NCBI GenBank assembly: GCA_039831155.1
Contig: JBDONT010000011.1
Coordinates: 1-64,000 of the forward strand
Direction: 5' to 3'
From: Nautiliaceae bacterium
Lineage (GTDB): Bacteria; Campylobacterota; Campylobacteria; Campylobacterales; Nautiliaceae
Length of the DNA: 64,000 bases
Shown here: positions 10,507 through 20,745 of the stretch, one piece after another
How the letters are laid out: each line of letters starts with the position of its first letter
How positions within the stretch are numbered: the first letter of the stretch is position 1
The notes under the pieces: generated by a model
Told to the model about the DNA's origin: nothing
The model's input: only the letters and a program-made list of their open reading frames with translations
Database searches by the model: none
Translations under genes and position numbers: made by a program

Positions 10507-11760
10507 TTGAAACTAAAAACATTTAGAGGCTCAACTCATCAAGAGGTTTTGGCTAAAGTTAAAGCGGAATTAGGAGAAGAAGCGTTAATCGTATCTACAA
10601 AAGAAATAAAAAAAAAGACTTTAACTTCTCCGGGACTTTATGAAATAGTAGCGGTTGTAGAAGAAAACAAACATCAAGAAAAAAATGAAAATATCTCTTT
10701 AAGAAGAAAAGAAACAAGCGATAAAGAACATGTGGAAGAAGTAATGCTTAAATTAAGTTCGGCTGCAAAAGAGATAAACTCTTTGTCGATGGAATCCGAT
10801 TTTATAGAAAAGAATTTCGAAAAAGAAATTAAGGAAAAAAATTTATGTGATGATGATTTGCTGAAAATAAAACAGCAAATTCAAAATATGCAAGATACTT
10901 TGAAGTTTTTGCAAGCTACTATTTGGAGTATTACAAATAAAAACGACCTAGAGTTGCCTCCCGAATTTAGTGAAATATACGCACTCTCTCGTGCTAGTGG
11001 TATGAGTGAAAAGCATTTGGATGAGATTATGAAACTTACCATTAAATATATGCCTATGAAAATGAGGCAAAGAAGAGAGTCTATTATAAGATATTTTCAC
11101 ACTCTTTTAAAAAAGATGATTCCCATTAGAATAGAAAGAGAAATAGTTCCTCCTCATAAAAAGATTATGATGTTCGTAGGACCTACGGGAGTCGGTAAAA
11201 CAACTACCATAGCAAAGCTTGCGGCAAGATACGCTTATCAACTATCAAGAAGACATAAAGTGGGGATTATCACTCTTGATACTTACAGAATAGGGGCGGT
11301 TGAGCAGTTAATGACTTATGCTAAGATGATGAAGCTACCGATTGAAACGGTAGTTGACCCTAGTGATTTTGAAGAGGCTTTAAATACTTTAAGGCATAAC
11401 GATTATATTTTAATAGATACGGTAGGAAGTTCTCAACACGACAAAGAAAAAATAGAAAAATTAAAGAGTTTTTTAAAGGTCGATACCTTTGCTGAAATTA
11501 ATATAAATTTAGTGCTATCGGCAGTTACGAAATATGAAGATTTGCTTGATATTTATAAAAATTTTTCCATATTGCCGATAGATACTTTTGTATTTACAAA
11601 ACTTGACGAAACGAAAACTTACGGTAATATATTTTCACTTCTTATAGAAGCGAAAAAGCCGGTAAGTTATTTTTCAATAGGACAGGAAGTTCCGGATGAT
11701 TTAATTGAGGCGGGGGCGGATTATTTGTTAAAAGGAATATTAAATAAGGAGTTTAATTGA
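10507..11760 (+). CDS. flhF: Flagellar SRP-family GTPase FlhF
   Basis: GPTGVGKTTTIAKLA, DTYRIGAVEQL, TKLDE, GQEVPDD. Confidence 0.96.
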   Translation: MKLKTFRGSTHQEVLAKVKAELGEEALIVSTKEIKKKTLTSPGLYEIVAVVEENKHQEKNENISLRRKETSDKEHVEEVMLKLSSAAKEINSLSMESDFIEKNFEKEIKEKNLCDDDLLKIKQQIQNMQDTLKFLQATIWSITNKNDLELPPEFSEIYALSRASGMSEKHLDEIMKLTIKYMPMKMRQRRESIIRYFHTLLKKMIPIRIEREIVPPHKKIMMFVGPTGVGKTTTIAKLAARYAYQLSRRHKVGIITLDTYRIGAVEQLMTYAKMMKLPIETVVDPSDFEEALNTLRHNDYILIDTVGSSQHDKEKIEKLKSFLKVDTFAEININLVLSAVTKYEDLLDIYKNFSILPIDTFVFTKLDETKTYGNIFSLLIEAKKPVSYFSIGQEVPDDLIEAGADYLLKGILNKEFN

Positions 11761-12623
11761 AAACTCAGGCAGATAAATTAAAAGAGTTGGTAAAAGAAGA
11801 TATTCAAAAGTACCCCTCAAATACAAGGATTATAGCGATTACAAGTGGTAAAGGTGGGGTTGGTAAAACCACTATTACTGCTAATTTAGGGTATGCTTTA
11901 TATAAACTTGGATTTAAAGTGGCACTTTTTGATGCAGATATAGGTCTTGCTAATTTGGATGTGATTTTAAAAGTAAATACCGATAAAAACATCTATCACG
12001 TATTAAAAAACGAATGCTCTTTAAAAGACATTATAGTGGAAATTGAAAAGGATTTTATTTTAATTCCGGGTAAAAGCGGTGATGAGATTATGGAATTTGC
12101 GGATGAGGTAAATTTAAGCAGGTTTTTTAACGAACTTGATACTTTAAAAGATTTTGACTTTTTTTTAATCGATACGGGTGCAGGGATTGATAAAAAGGTT
12201 CAAATGTGGCTTGAAGCCGCCGATGACGTTATAGTAGTAACAGTACCCGAACCGGCTGCTATTACCGATGCGTATGCAATGGTAAAGATTATCAGTGAAA
12301 AAAAAGATTTGGCCTTTATGCTTTTAAATGAAGTTAGCAGTGAAAAAGAAGCTTTGAATATCTTTTCTAAAATAAAAAGAGTGGCACTTGATAATTTAAG
12401 TGCGGCTTTTAGACTTCAAATGATAGGATATTTAAAAAAGGATAATTTAGTTTCCAATTCGTCAATAAAAAGAACTCTTTTTGTAAAAGAGTCTCCTTAT
12501 TCGGTTGTAAGCGAGCAGATTTTTTTAATTGCTAAAAAACTTGCTAAAATTTCGGAACGAAAAGTGCTAGAAGAAAAAAAAGGAATATCAACTTTTTTCA
12601 AAAAGATATTTTCGAATTTTTAA
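11757..12623 (+). CDS. flhG: MinD/ParA-family ATPase FlhG
   Basis: SGKGGVGKT, DADIGLANLD, DTGAGI, PEPAAITDAY; directly after flhF. Confidence 0.94.
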   Translation: MKTQADKLKELVKEDIQKYPSNTRIIAITSGKGGVGKTTITANLGYALYKLGFKVALFDADIGLANLDVILKVNTDKNIYHVLKNECSLKDIIVEIEKDFILIPGKSGDEIMEFADEVNLSRFFNELDTLKDFDFFLIDTGAGIDKKVQMWLEAADDVIVVTVPEPAAITDAYAMVKIISEKKDLAFMLLNEVSSEKEALNIFSKIKRVALDNLSAAFRLQMIGYLKKDNLVSNSSIKRTLFVKESPYSVVSEQIFLIAKKLAKISERKVLEEKKGISTFFKKIFSNF

Positions 12624-12632
12624 AGGTTTTTG

Positions 12633-12965
12633 ATGAGAGGAGAGAATTTTATCTATTTTTTTGCTTCTAGCGGATTTTTTATAGGTGTGATTTTTTCTAT
12701 TTTACACGATTTGGATTTTGAGAGTTTTTTGTATGCCACTTTTGTAATTACGGCTGTTTTTTATCTTTTGAGTTTAGCGAGTGTGACGTTTTTTATAAAA
12801 TACCTGGATGTGCATAAAATTTCATATTTTGATAAGCACCAAATTGATGAGATTTTAGACGTTCAAATAAAAGAACTTGAAAAAAAAGAGGATTTTATCC
12901 TTGAGAGTTATGAATTTATAAAAAAAATCGAAGAAGAAGAATTACAAATAATTAAGAAAAGATGA
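12633..12965 (+). CDS. flgV: Small two-TM motility protein (FlgV-like)
   Basis: Two hydrophobic helices; lies between flhG and fliA as in Campylobacter/Helicobacter. Confidence 0.65.
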   Translation: MRGENFIYFFASSGFFIGVIFSILHDLDFESFLYATFVITAVFYLLSLASVTFFIKYLDVHKISYFDKHQIDEILDVQIKELEKKEDFILESYEFIKKIEEEELQIIKKR

Positions 12966-13651
12966 AGATGAGTTACCAAAATCCTTACGAAGAACAGATG
13001 AATTCTTACAGAGACTCTTTGGCTGTTGATTATATGCCGGCGGTTAAGGCAATGGCCGCTAGGCTTAAAGAAAGGCTTCCTAGTAGTGTTGAGTTTAACG
13101 ATTTGGTTTCTATAGGTTTGGAGGAACTTGTAAAACTTTCAAGAAGATACGACCCTAAACAAAACGATAATTTTTGGGGATATGCTCAAAAAAGAATATA
13201 CGGAAGTATGCTGGATTTTCTTAGAAGTCTTGATACGGTAAGCAGAAGCGACAGAAAAATTATAAAAGATATAGATAAAATAATCGAATCTTATCAAGCG
13301 GAATATGACGTCGAACCGGATGATGAATATATAGCTAAAGAGCTTGGAATAGATATTGAAAAGGTTAGAAAAGCCAAAAATGCAAGTGAAATTTACAATG
13401 TAATGCCTATTGAAGAGCAGATGAACTTTTTTGAAAACGTCTCAAAAGAGATAGAAGAGGAAGAGTTGATAGAGGCGGTTAAAAAGACTCTTTCAAAAAT
13501 GAGCGAAAAAGAGCAGCTTGTTATTCAGCTTTATTATTTTGAAGAGTTGTCTTTAAAAGAGATAAGCGAAATTTTGGGAGTAACTGAGAGTAGAATTTCT
13601 CAAATACATAAAAAAGTTATAAAAAAATTAAGGGAAGAGTTAAATGGCTGA
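12962..13651 (+). CDS. fliA: RNA polymerase sigma-28 factor
   Basis: LPSSVEFNDLVSIG, RIYGSMLDFLR, LYYFEELSLKEISEILGVTESRISQIH. Confidence 0.96.
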   Translation: MKMSYQNPYEEQMNSYRDSLAVDYMPAVKAMAARLKERLPSSVEFNDLVSIGLEELVKLSRRYDPKQNDNFWGYAQKRIYGSMLDFLRSLDTVSRSDRKIIKDIDKIIESYQAEYDVEPDDEYIAKELGIDIEKVRKAKNASEIYNVMPIEEQMNFFENVSKEIEEEELIEAVKKTLSKMSEKEQLVIQLYYFEELSLKEISEILGVTESRISQIHKKVIKKLREELNG

Positions 13652-14714
13652 TATTTTATCTCAAGAAGAGATAGACGCACTACTTGAGGTTGTTGAAGAA
13701 GAGGACATAGCTCCCGATGAGCTTGAAAAGGCGACCGATTTACTTGATAACAGACAAATTACTCTGTACGATTTTAAAAGACCAAACAGGGTAAGTAAAG
13801 AGCAGCTTCGCTCAATCCGTGCTATTCACGATAAAATGGCAAGAAGCCTTGCAAGTGATATTTCTTCACTTATGAGAAGTATCGTTGAAATTCAACTCCA
13901 TTCCGTAGACCAGATGACATACGGTGAATTTTTAATGAGTCTGCCTAGTCCTACTTCGTTTAACGTATTTTCTTTAAAACCGCTTGACGGAAAAGGGGTA
14001 ATAGAGCTTAACCCGTCAATAGTTTTTCCTATGATAGATAGATTGTTAGGAGGAAACGGGGCTCCTTTTGAGACTACAAGGGAATTTACGGATATAGAAC
14101 TTAACCTTTTAGACCAGATATTAAAAGTGGTTACTCAAAATATGAGAGAAGTTTGGTCGCCTATTATGGATATGTATCCTATAGTGGAAGCTAAAGAGTC
14201 AAGCCCTAATGTAGTTCAAATCGTTGCTCAAAACGAAATTGTTATTATGGTTATTATGGAGATAATTATAGGACATACCAGTGGTATGATGAATATATGT
14301 TATCCGGTAATTACGATAGAATCTCTTCTTCCTAGACTTGCAAACAGGGATTTGATGCTTAATGAAACAAGTGGCAGAAAATCGAGAAATAAAGAACTTA
14401 GAGCTCTTCTTAGAGGGGCTAAAATCGAACTTGAAGCGGTTTTAGGGTATGCCGAACTTGATATGAAACAGGTTTTGGATTTGAAAGTTGGGGATATTAT
14501 AAAGCTTAACCGTCCGGCCGATGACACGGTAATAGTTAAAGTTGACGGAAGGGAAAAGTTTATAGCTGAGTTTGGAGTTAGAAGATATAGAAGAAGTATA
14601 AAAATAAAAGAGATTCTAAAAACCGAACACGATGAAATTAAAGAGATTTTATTAAAACTTGAACAAAAACGTAAAGAAAAACTTGAACAAATAACAGGAG
14701 AAGAGAGTGAATGA
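13644..14714 (+). CDS. fliM: Flagellar motor switch protein FliM
   Basis: MADILSQEEIDALL; YDFKRPNRVSKEQLR. Confidence 0.97.
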   Translation: MADILSQEEIDALLEVVEEEDIAPDELEKATDLLDNRQITLYDFKRPNRVSKEQLRSIRAIHDKMARSLASDISSLMRSIVEIQLHSVDQMTYGEFLMSLPSPTSFNVFSLKPLDGKGVIELNPSIVFPMIDRLLGGNGAPFETTREFTDIELNLLDQILKVVTQNMREVWSPIMDMYPIVEAKESSPNVVQIVAQNEIVIMVIMEIIIGHTSGMMNICYPVITIESLLPRLANRDLMLNETSGRKSRNKELRALLRGAKIELEAVLGYAELDMKQVLDLKVGDIIKLNRPADDTVIVKVDGREKFIAEFGVRRYRRSIKIKEILKTEHDEIKEILLKLEQKRKEKLEQITGEESE

Positions 14715-15528
14715 GTTTAAAGAGCTTTTAATTAACGAAATAAAATCAACCATCGAAGGTTTAATAGGAATTGCACCGGAAGTTTCTATTTTATCCGAAA
14801 CAAAAGATATAGGACCTACCAAACCCTATTATGCAAAAATAGTTATTAAAGTAAAACCGAAAGGTGAGATTTTATTTTTAGTACCGGCTGAAATAGCTAC
14901 GGCTCTTGGTGATTTGATGTTAGCCGGAGACGGAGAAGCTAAAAGCGAAATGAACGAAGACGACTTAGATGCTATCAAAGAGATAGTTTCTAATATTTTC
15001 GGAGCTTTAAAAACGACTCTTAGTGCTCAAGAGGATGTCCCGAAACTTGAATTTGAAATAAAAGACGTCTCTTTTGTGGATAAAGAAGAGGATTTAAGCG
15101 AATACGCTTATGCTATTAATATGGAATGTAAAATAAACGATATTATAAAAGTCTGTCAGATTATTTTTGATGAGGACTTATTGGAAGAGTTACTTCCAAA
15201 TGCAACTCAATCTGCTCCGGCTACTACCTCTTCGTCTCCGGCTGCTCCTGATTTAAAAGCCGAAATGAAAAATCTTGAAATGCTTCTTGATATTAAACTT
15301 CAGCTTAGGGTTAGGATAGGAAGTAAAATTATGCTTTTAAAAGATGTGATTAATATGGACATAGGAAGTATAGTGGAGCTTAATCAACTTGCAAAAGAAC
15401 CTCTTGATATTTTAATCGAAGATAAAAAAATAGGCGAAGGTGAAGTTGTTATAGTTGACGGTAACTTCGGAATTCAGATTACTTCAATAGGAAGCAAGGA
15501 AGAGAGGCTTAACACTCTTAAAAAGTAA
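14707..15528 (+). CDS. fliY: Flagellar motor switch protein FliY
   Basis: CheC-like N-part (DAIKEIVSNIFG) plus FliN/SpoA C-terminus (GEGEVVIVDGNFGIQIT). Confidence 0.92.
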   Translation: MNEFKELLINEIKSTIEGLIGIAPEVSILSETKDIGPTKPYYAKIVIKVKPKGEILFLVPAEIATALGDLMLAGDGEAKSEMNEDDLDAIKEIVSNIFGALKTTLSAQEDVPKLEFEIKDVSFVDKEEDLSEYAYAINMECKINDIIKVCQIIFDEDLLEELLPNATQSAPATTSSSPAAPDLKAEMKNLEMLLDIKLQLRVRIGSKIMLLKDVINMDIGSIVELNQLAKEPLDILIEDKKIGEGEVVIVDGNFGIQITSIGSKEERLNTLKK

Positions 15529-15531
15529 GCC

Positions 15532-16065
15532 TTATTTTTTAGATTTTTTCTTAATAGGGGTTACTAGCATATTGATATAATTCCCCTCCAGTTTAGGTTC
15601 GTTTTGTTTTTCTGCTACGTCGCTTATCATATCCCAAACTCTGTTTATTACTTCAAAACCTTTTTCAGGTGTTGCAAGTTCTCTACCTCTTAGGAATACT
15701 CTAAGTTTTACGTGTTTACCTTTGTTTAAAAAGTCTCTTATGTGTTTTACTTTATAGTCTATGTCGTTTTGTTGGATTTTTGAAGTGAATTTAATCTCTT
15801 TTACTTCTATTTTTACTTGTTTTTTCTTCGCTTCTTTTTTCTTTCTTTCTTGTTCGTATTTGTATTTTCCATAATCCATAGCTTTTGCAACCGGTGGGTT
15901 TGCATTTGGTGCCACAAGAACTAAATCAAGCCCTTTATTATAAGCAATCTCAAGGGCTTTGTTTGAATCTATTATTTTAGGTTCGTTTTCTCCGTCTACA
16001 AATCTTACTCTGTCAGTGAAATTTACAATATCTTCGTTAATTAATACTTTTTCAGCTTTACTCAT
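15532..16065 (-). CDS. infC: Translation initiation factor IF-3
   Basis: LDLVLVAPNANPPVAKAMDYGKYKYE; VFLRGRE. Confidence 0.97.
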   Translation of the reverse strand: MSKAEKVLINEDIVNFTDRVRFVDGENEPKIIDSNKALEIAYNKGLDLVLVAPNANPPVAKAMDYGKYKYEQERKKKEAKKKQVKIEVKEIKFTSKIQQNDIDYKVKHIRDFLNKGKHVKLRVFLRGRELATPEKGFEVINRVWDMISDVAEKQNEPKLEGNYINMLVTPIKKKSKK

Positions 16066-17897
16066 AGTTTAACCTCGCTTAATTTTTTAATCATTTCCAC
16101 AAATTCTCCTTTTGTCATTTTATATTGTTCGCGTTTTTTTCTGTCTCTAATGGCAACTAAACCGTTTTCAACCTCTTCATCACCTATAACTACAACATAA
16201 CCTACTCTTCTTTTTTCTGCGTTTCTGATTCTTTTGTTTAGTGAATCGCTGCTTGCGAATATTTCAGTATTAATATCGGCTTCAAGAAGCTCTTTTTGAA
16301 TAGATTTTGCATATTCTACGTGAGATTCTGCAATAGGTACGAAAATAGCTTTAATAGGTGCTATAAATGTCGGGAATTCTCCGGCGTAGTGTTCTGTAAG
16401 AATTGCGATAAATCTTTCAAAACTTCCGATTATGGCTCTGTGAATCATTACCGGTCTTACTTTTTCGTTGTTTTCGTCAACGTATGTAATATCAAATCTC
16501 TCTGGAAGATTGAAGTCTACTTGAATAGTGCCACATTGCCATTTTCTGCCAATTGCATCTGTGATTTTAATATCTATTTTAGGTCCGTAAAAAGCTCCTC
16601 CACCTTCATCGATACCGTATTCTCTGTTTAGTGAATTAAGAGCGTTTTTAAGAGATTCGGTAGCTTTTTCCCAAATTTCGTCACTTCCTATTGATTTTTC
16701 GGGACGTGTAGAAATTTCCATTTCGTAATTAAATCCGAATCTCTCCATTATGGAGTCGACAAACTCAAGAACTTTTATAACCTCTTGTTCGATTTGGTCC
16801 GGTCTACAGAAGATATGAGCGTCGTCTTGTGTAAACTCCCTAACTCTTAAAAGTCCGTGAAGAACCCCGCTTTTTTCGTGTCTGTGAACCGTTCCGAATT
16901 CAAAGAATCTTAAAGGAAGTTCTTTATAGCTTCTTACTTTATGACCGAATATTTTAACGTGGCTTAAACAGTTCATAGGTTTTATGCCGTATTCTTCTGC
17001 CGGTTTATTCGGGTCGTCGTGTTCTATTTCCGTAAAATACATATTTTCTTTGTAGTTGTAGTAATGACCCGAAATTTTCCACATATGGCTTCTAAGAAGC
17101 TCAGGTCCTCTAACAGGCAGGTATTCGCGTCTTATGTGAGCCGAATATAACAGTTTTTCAATGTTTGCTCTAAGAAGTGCCCCGTTTGGAAGCCATATAG
17201 GCATTCCGGCACCTATTTCTTCGTCAAACATCCAAAGCTCAAGCTCGGTACCAAGTTTTCTGTGGTCTCTTTTTGCCGCTTCTTCAAGCATTTTTAAGTA
17301 CTCTTGTAGGGCTTCTTTTGTAGCAAACGCCGTACCGTAAACACGCGTTAGCATTTCGTTTTTAGAATCGCCCCCAAGATAAGCCCCGGCTACTTTTTGA
17401 AGTTTTACGTTATGAAGATATTTTGTATTAGGTACGTGAGGACCGCGGCATAAATCTTCAAAATCTCCTTGTTTATAAATAGATACCGTATCACCCGGTA
17501 TCATATCAAGTACGGCTTGTTTTAGTTCGTCGTCTTTAAATTTTTCTCTGGCTTCTTGTTTGGAAATTTCATATCTTGTGATGTCGAACTTCTTTTTTGC
17601 CAAAGCTTTCATCTTCTTTTCAATGTTTTTAAGGTCTTTGTCCGTAATTGGAGTTTGTGTTTTTAAATCATAATAGAATCCGTTTTCTATTGTTGGTCCT
17701 ACGTAAAATTTTGCGTCCGGATAGAGTTCTTTTATAGCTTGAGCCATTAAGTGTGCAGCTGAATGTCTTATAACTTCAAGAGCTTGTGGCGAATTATCGA
17801 AGTAGATAGATTCACCACCTTGTATACCTTTAGCTTCGGCTGTTTGTAAATCTACTATTTCGCCGTTAATTTTTAAAGCAATAATATCTTGTTGCAT
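16062..17897 (-). CDS. thrS: Threonine--tRNA ligase
   Basis: HSAAHLMAQA, DLCRGPH, RDHRKLG, KPMNC, RVREFTQDDAH, GAFYGPKID. Confidence 0.98.
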   Translation of the reverse strand: MQQDIIALKINGEIVDLQTAEAKGIQGGESIYFDNSPQALEVIRHSAAHLMAQAIKELYPDAKFYVGPTIENGFYYDLKTQTPITDKDLKNIEKKMKALAKKKFDITRYEISKQEAREKFKDDELKQAVLDMIPGDTVSIYKQGDFEDLCRGPHVPNTKYLHNVKLQKVAGAYLGGDSKNEMLTRVYGTAFATKEALQEYLKMLEEAAKRDHRKLGTELELWMFDEEIGAGMPIWLPNGALLRANIEKLLYSAHIRREYLPVRGPELLRSHMWKISGHYYNYKENMYFTEIEHDDPNKPAEEYGIKPMNCLSHVKIFGHKVRSYKELPLRFFEFGTVHRHEKSGVLHGLLRVREFTQDDAHIFCRPDQIEQEVIKVLEFVDSIMERFGFNYEMEISTRPEKSIGSDEIWEKATESLKNALNSLNREYGIDEGGGAFYGPKIDIKITDAIGRKWQCGTIQVDFNLPERFDITYVDENNEKVRPVMIHRAIIGSFERFIAILTEHYAGEFPTFIAPIKAIFVPIAESHVEYAKSIQKELLEADINTEIFASSDSLNKRIRNAEKRRVGYVVVIGDEEVENGLVAIRDRKKREQYKMTKGEFVEMIKKLSEVKL

Positions 17898-17974
17898 TAA
17901 AATTCCTTTATATTTATTGAAGAATTGTGTAAATGAGGATAGTTGTTTTGCAGATATGAAGAATAATTATTCAA
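17897..17974 (-). CDS. Possible 25-aa leader ORF coupled to thrS
   Basis: AGGAG RBS, TTG start at 17974, TAA stop overlapping the thrS ATG (TAATG). Confidence 0.3.
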   Translation of the reverse strand: MNNYSSYLQNNYPHLHNSSINIKEF

Positions 17975-18062
17975 GAGTCTCCTTATTTATTGCATTCTCC
18001 TTTTTTTGTTGAATTTTAGCTTAATAAAAATTTAATGTCAATATTTGTTTAAGAAGTACATT

Positions 18063-18071
18063 TGATATAAT
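18063..18071 (+). promoter_or_regulatory. Extended -10 sigma70 promoter of thrC
   Basis: TGATATAAT about 20 nt upstream of the thrC ATG. Confidence 0.65.
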
Positions 18072-18091
18072 TGCATAAAAAAAGGCTTATA

Positions 18092-19609
18092 ATGAAATTT
18101 ATAGGAACTCGTGGTACTGATGAGAAAAAGAGTTTTAGTGAAGTTATTTTAAATCCGGCGGCTCCAAACGGTGGGCTTTACGTTCCTAGCAAACTGCCTA
18201 CTATAAATGAAAAGTTTTTATATAAATACTATGACGTACAGGGTGAAAAACCTTATACCCATTTGGCAAGAGGGGTATTAAAATTATTTAAAATAGATAT
18301 AGACGATAAGCTTATAGATAAAGCCCTATACACTTACTTAAACGCATTTGACGACCCGGATGTCGTGCCGGTTGTAAAGCTTGATAGCGATTTGTTTGTA
18401 GGAGAACTTTGGCACGGACCTACGCGTGCTTTTAAAGATATGGCACTTCAGCCTTTTGGGGTAATGCTCTCTTCTTTGGCGAAAGAGAAAAATGAAAATT
18501 ATCTGATTTTAGCTGCTACAAGTGGAGATACGGGACCGGCTACTTTAAAAACGTTTGAAAATAGAGAAAATATAAAAGCCGTTTGTATTTATCCTCATAA
18601 CGGGACTAGTGAAGTTCAAAAACTTCAAATGGTTACAACTTCCGCTTCAAATGAAAAGGTATTGGGAATTATAGGGGATTTTGATGACGCCCAGAGTGCA
18701 TTAAAATCTCTTTTAAAAGATGAAGAATTTAAAAATATTTTAAAAGAGAATAATTTAAAACTTTCAGCCGCAAATTCTGTAAACTTCGGGCGTATTATTT
18801 TCCAAACTATTTATCATATGTGGAGTTATTTGAAACTTCTTGAGAATGCCGAAATAGATATGGGAGATAAAATAGAGGTAATTATTCCGAGTGGAAATTT
18901 CGGTAACGCACTTGGGGCTTATTATGCGAAAAAAATGGGGCTTCCTATTGAAAAGATAATTATCGCTTCAAATAAAAACAATATTTTATATGAGTTTGTA
19001 AAATATGGAAGATACGATTTAAGAGATAAAAAATTAATTCATACCATTTCTCCGGCTATGGATATTTTAAAATCAAGCAATGTTGAGAGGGTTCTTTTTG
19101 ATAAATTCGGAGAAGAGAGAACTAAAGAACTTATGGAGAGTCTTGAAAAAGAAGGATATTTTGAATTAACTCCAAAAGAACACGAAAAAATAAAAGAAGA
19201 TTTTCTAGCTGATTTTGCAACTGACGGGGAGTGTGAGGAGATTATTGCGAAATACGCCAAAAAACTTGATTATATTATGGACCCTCACACTGCAACTGCT
19301 ATAAAAGCTTATGAGTATTTAAAAGATAAAGGCGAGATTAAAAATAAAGTAGTAGCTTATTCTACTGCGGAATGGACAAAATTCGCACCTAGTGTTTATA
19401 AAGCTCTTACAAAACAGGATATTGATAGAGAAATGGCAGAAGTTGATGAGATTAGTATAAGCGATAAAGACGCTATAGCGTATATTGAAGCTCACTATAA
19501 CGTAAAAGCACCGGATGTTATTAGAGATCTATTTGAAAAGGAGGTAAGTGAGACTATTATCAATAAAGGCGAAATAAAAGAAAAAATTGTGGAATTTATT
19601 AAAAATTAG
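18092..19609 (+). CDS. thrC: Threonine synthase
   Basis: GGLYVP, ELWHGPTRAFKDMALQ (PLP lysine), ATSGDTG, SANSVNFGRI, PSGNFGN; ATG at 18092. Confidence 0.96.
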   Translation: MKFIGTRGTDEKKSFSEVILNPAAPNGGLYVPSKLPTINEKFLYKYYDVQGEKPYTHLARGVLKLFKIDIDDKLIDKALYTYLNAFDDPDVVPVVKLDSDLFVGELWHGPTRAFKDMALQPFGVMLSSLAKEKNENYLILAATSGDTGPATLKTFENRENIKAVCIYPHNGTSEVQKLQMVTTSASNEKVLGIIGDFDDAQSALKSLLKDEEFKNILKENNLKLSAANSVNFGRIIFQTIYHMWSYLKLLENAEIDMGDKIEVIIPSGNFGNALGAYYAKKMGLPIEKIIIASNKNNILYEFVKYGRYDLRDKKLIHTISPAMDILKSSNVERVLFDKFGEERTKELMESLEKEGYFELTPKEHEKIKEDFLADFATDGECEEIIAKYAKKLDYIMDPHTATAIKAYEYLKDKGEIKNKVVAYSTAEWTKFAPSVYKALTKQDIDREMAEVDEISISDKDAIAYIEAHYNVKAPDVIRDLFEKEVSETIINKGEIKEKIVEFIKN

Positions 19610-19618
19610 TGATATAAT
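19610..19618 (+). promoter_or_regulatory. Extended -10 promoter
   Basis: TGATATAAT upstream of the AGGAGG RBS of the 75-aa ORF. Confidence 0.6.
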
Positions 19619-19638
19619 TAATTAAAAAAGGAGGGGAT

Positions 19639-19866
19639 ATGGTAAACGATGTAGGAAATATGATGACAAATCCGGCTCAACCCATTCCAATGGGAAGTGC
19701 TAGAGGACTAAGAGACGGTAGTGGTCCAAGAGGTCAGCAAATTCAGCAGCAACAACAAATTCAACAACAAACCCAGGCAAAAGAGCAAAATCAGCAACAA
19801 TCACAGATTCAGCAACAAGCTGCAATGGCTATGGGAATAGGTGCAAATTTGAACTTAATGGCTTAG
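19639..19866 (+). CDS. Small Gln-rich hypothetical protein
   Basis: Strong GGAGG RBS and own promoter; GLRDGSGPRG motif, poly-Q middle, GIGANLNLMA end. Confidence 0.75.
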   Translation: MVNDVGNMMTNPAQPIPMGSARGLRDGSGPRGQQIQQQQQIQQQTQAKEQNQQQSQIQQQAAMAMGIGANLNLMA

Positions 19867-19867
19867 T

Positions 19868-20736
19868 TTGTTAACCGTTTTTGGTATTTATATTTTTATT
19901 CTTATAGGACTTATAGCTAAAAAGAATTTTAAAGAAGTAGATGGGAAGACGTTAGTTATTCTCTCTACCTATTTTCTTCAGCCTTTTTTGACATTATGGG
20001 GGATAATGCTTATTCCTTTAAATTACGATTTGATTATTTCTCCTCTTATTTACTTACAGTTTTTATTTCTCTTGTTTTTACGTTTTTACTGGCTTTATCT
20101 TTAAAAGATAAAAAAGAGAAAATTATAGCCTCTTTAACACCCCTTATAGGTAATACCGGTAATTTGGGTATTCCTTTGAGTTATGCTCTTTTTGGTGATA
20201 TAGGTGCTAGTATTGCTACTATGATAAATCTTGCAAATATCTTTTTTATTTACAGTTTCGGAATTTTCTTTTTTGCTAGTGGTAAATACTCTTTTAAAGA
20301 GGCTTTTAAAAAGATTATAAAAATTCCGGTACTTTGGGCGGGTGTTTTGGCTCTTGTTTTGAATATAAGCGGGGTTAAATTCATTCAAGAGGTTATGAAA
20401 ATTTTACAGATGGGTGCTTTTGCGTCTATAGTAATTCAGCTTTTGGTTTTTGGAATCTATGTGGCTGAAATAAAAGTAAAAAAGGTGAGAATAAAACTTT
20501 CGCTGATTACTATTATTAATAAATTCTTAATATTTCCAATAATCGGATTTTTTTTGCTAAAATATTTTTTTTTAAAGCCTTTGTTTTTTAAAGCGGTTTT
20601 ATTGGAGGTTTTAACACCTTTGGCTGTTACAAATGTAAATTTGGCGGCTCTTTTTGATTTATATCCACAAAAAGTGGCTTATTTGGTGGTGTTAACGTCT
20701 GTTTTATATATAGGGGTGATATTTTTAGTAATATAA
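19868..20736 (+). pseudogene. AEC (auxin efflux carrier/malate permease) family transporter, frameshifted near 20050-20065
   Basis: N-terminal ORF 19868-20104 and C-terminal ORF 19996-20736 (GNTGNLGIPL, PLAVTNVNLA) form one AEC protein if one base is restored. Confidence 0.75.
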
Positions 20737-20745
20737 AGGTTTGTT

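Noticed and set aside
15532-16065. infC with an ATG start and no downstream rpmI-rplT
   Set aside because: thrS-infC separated from rpmI-rplT is a known arrangement in Campylobacterota; not unusual.
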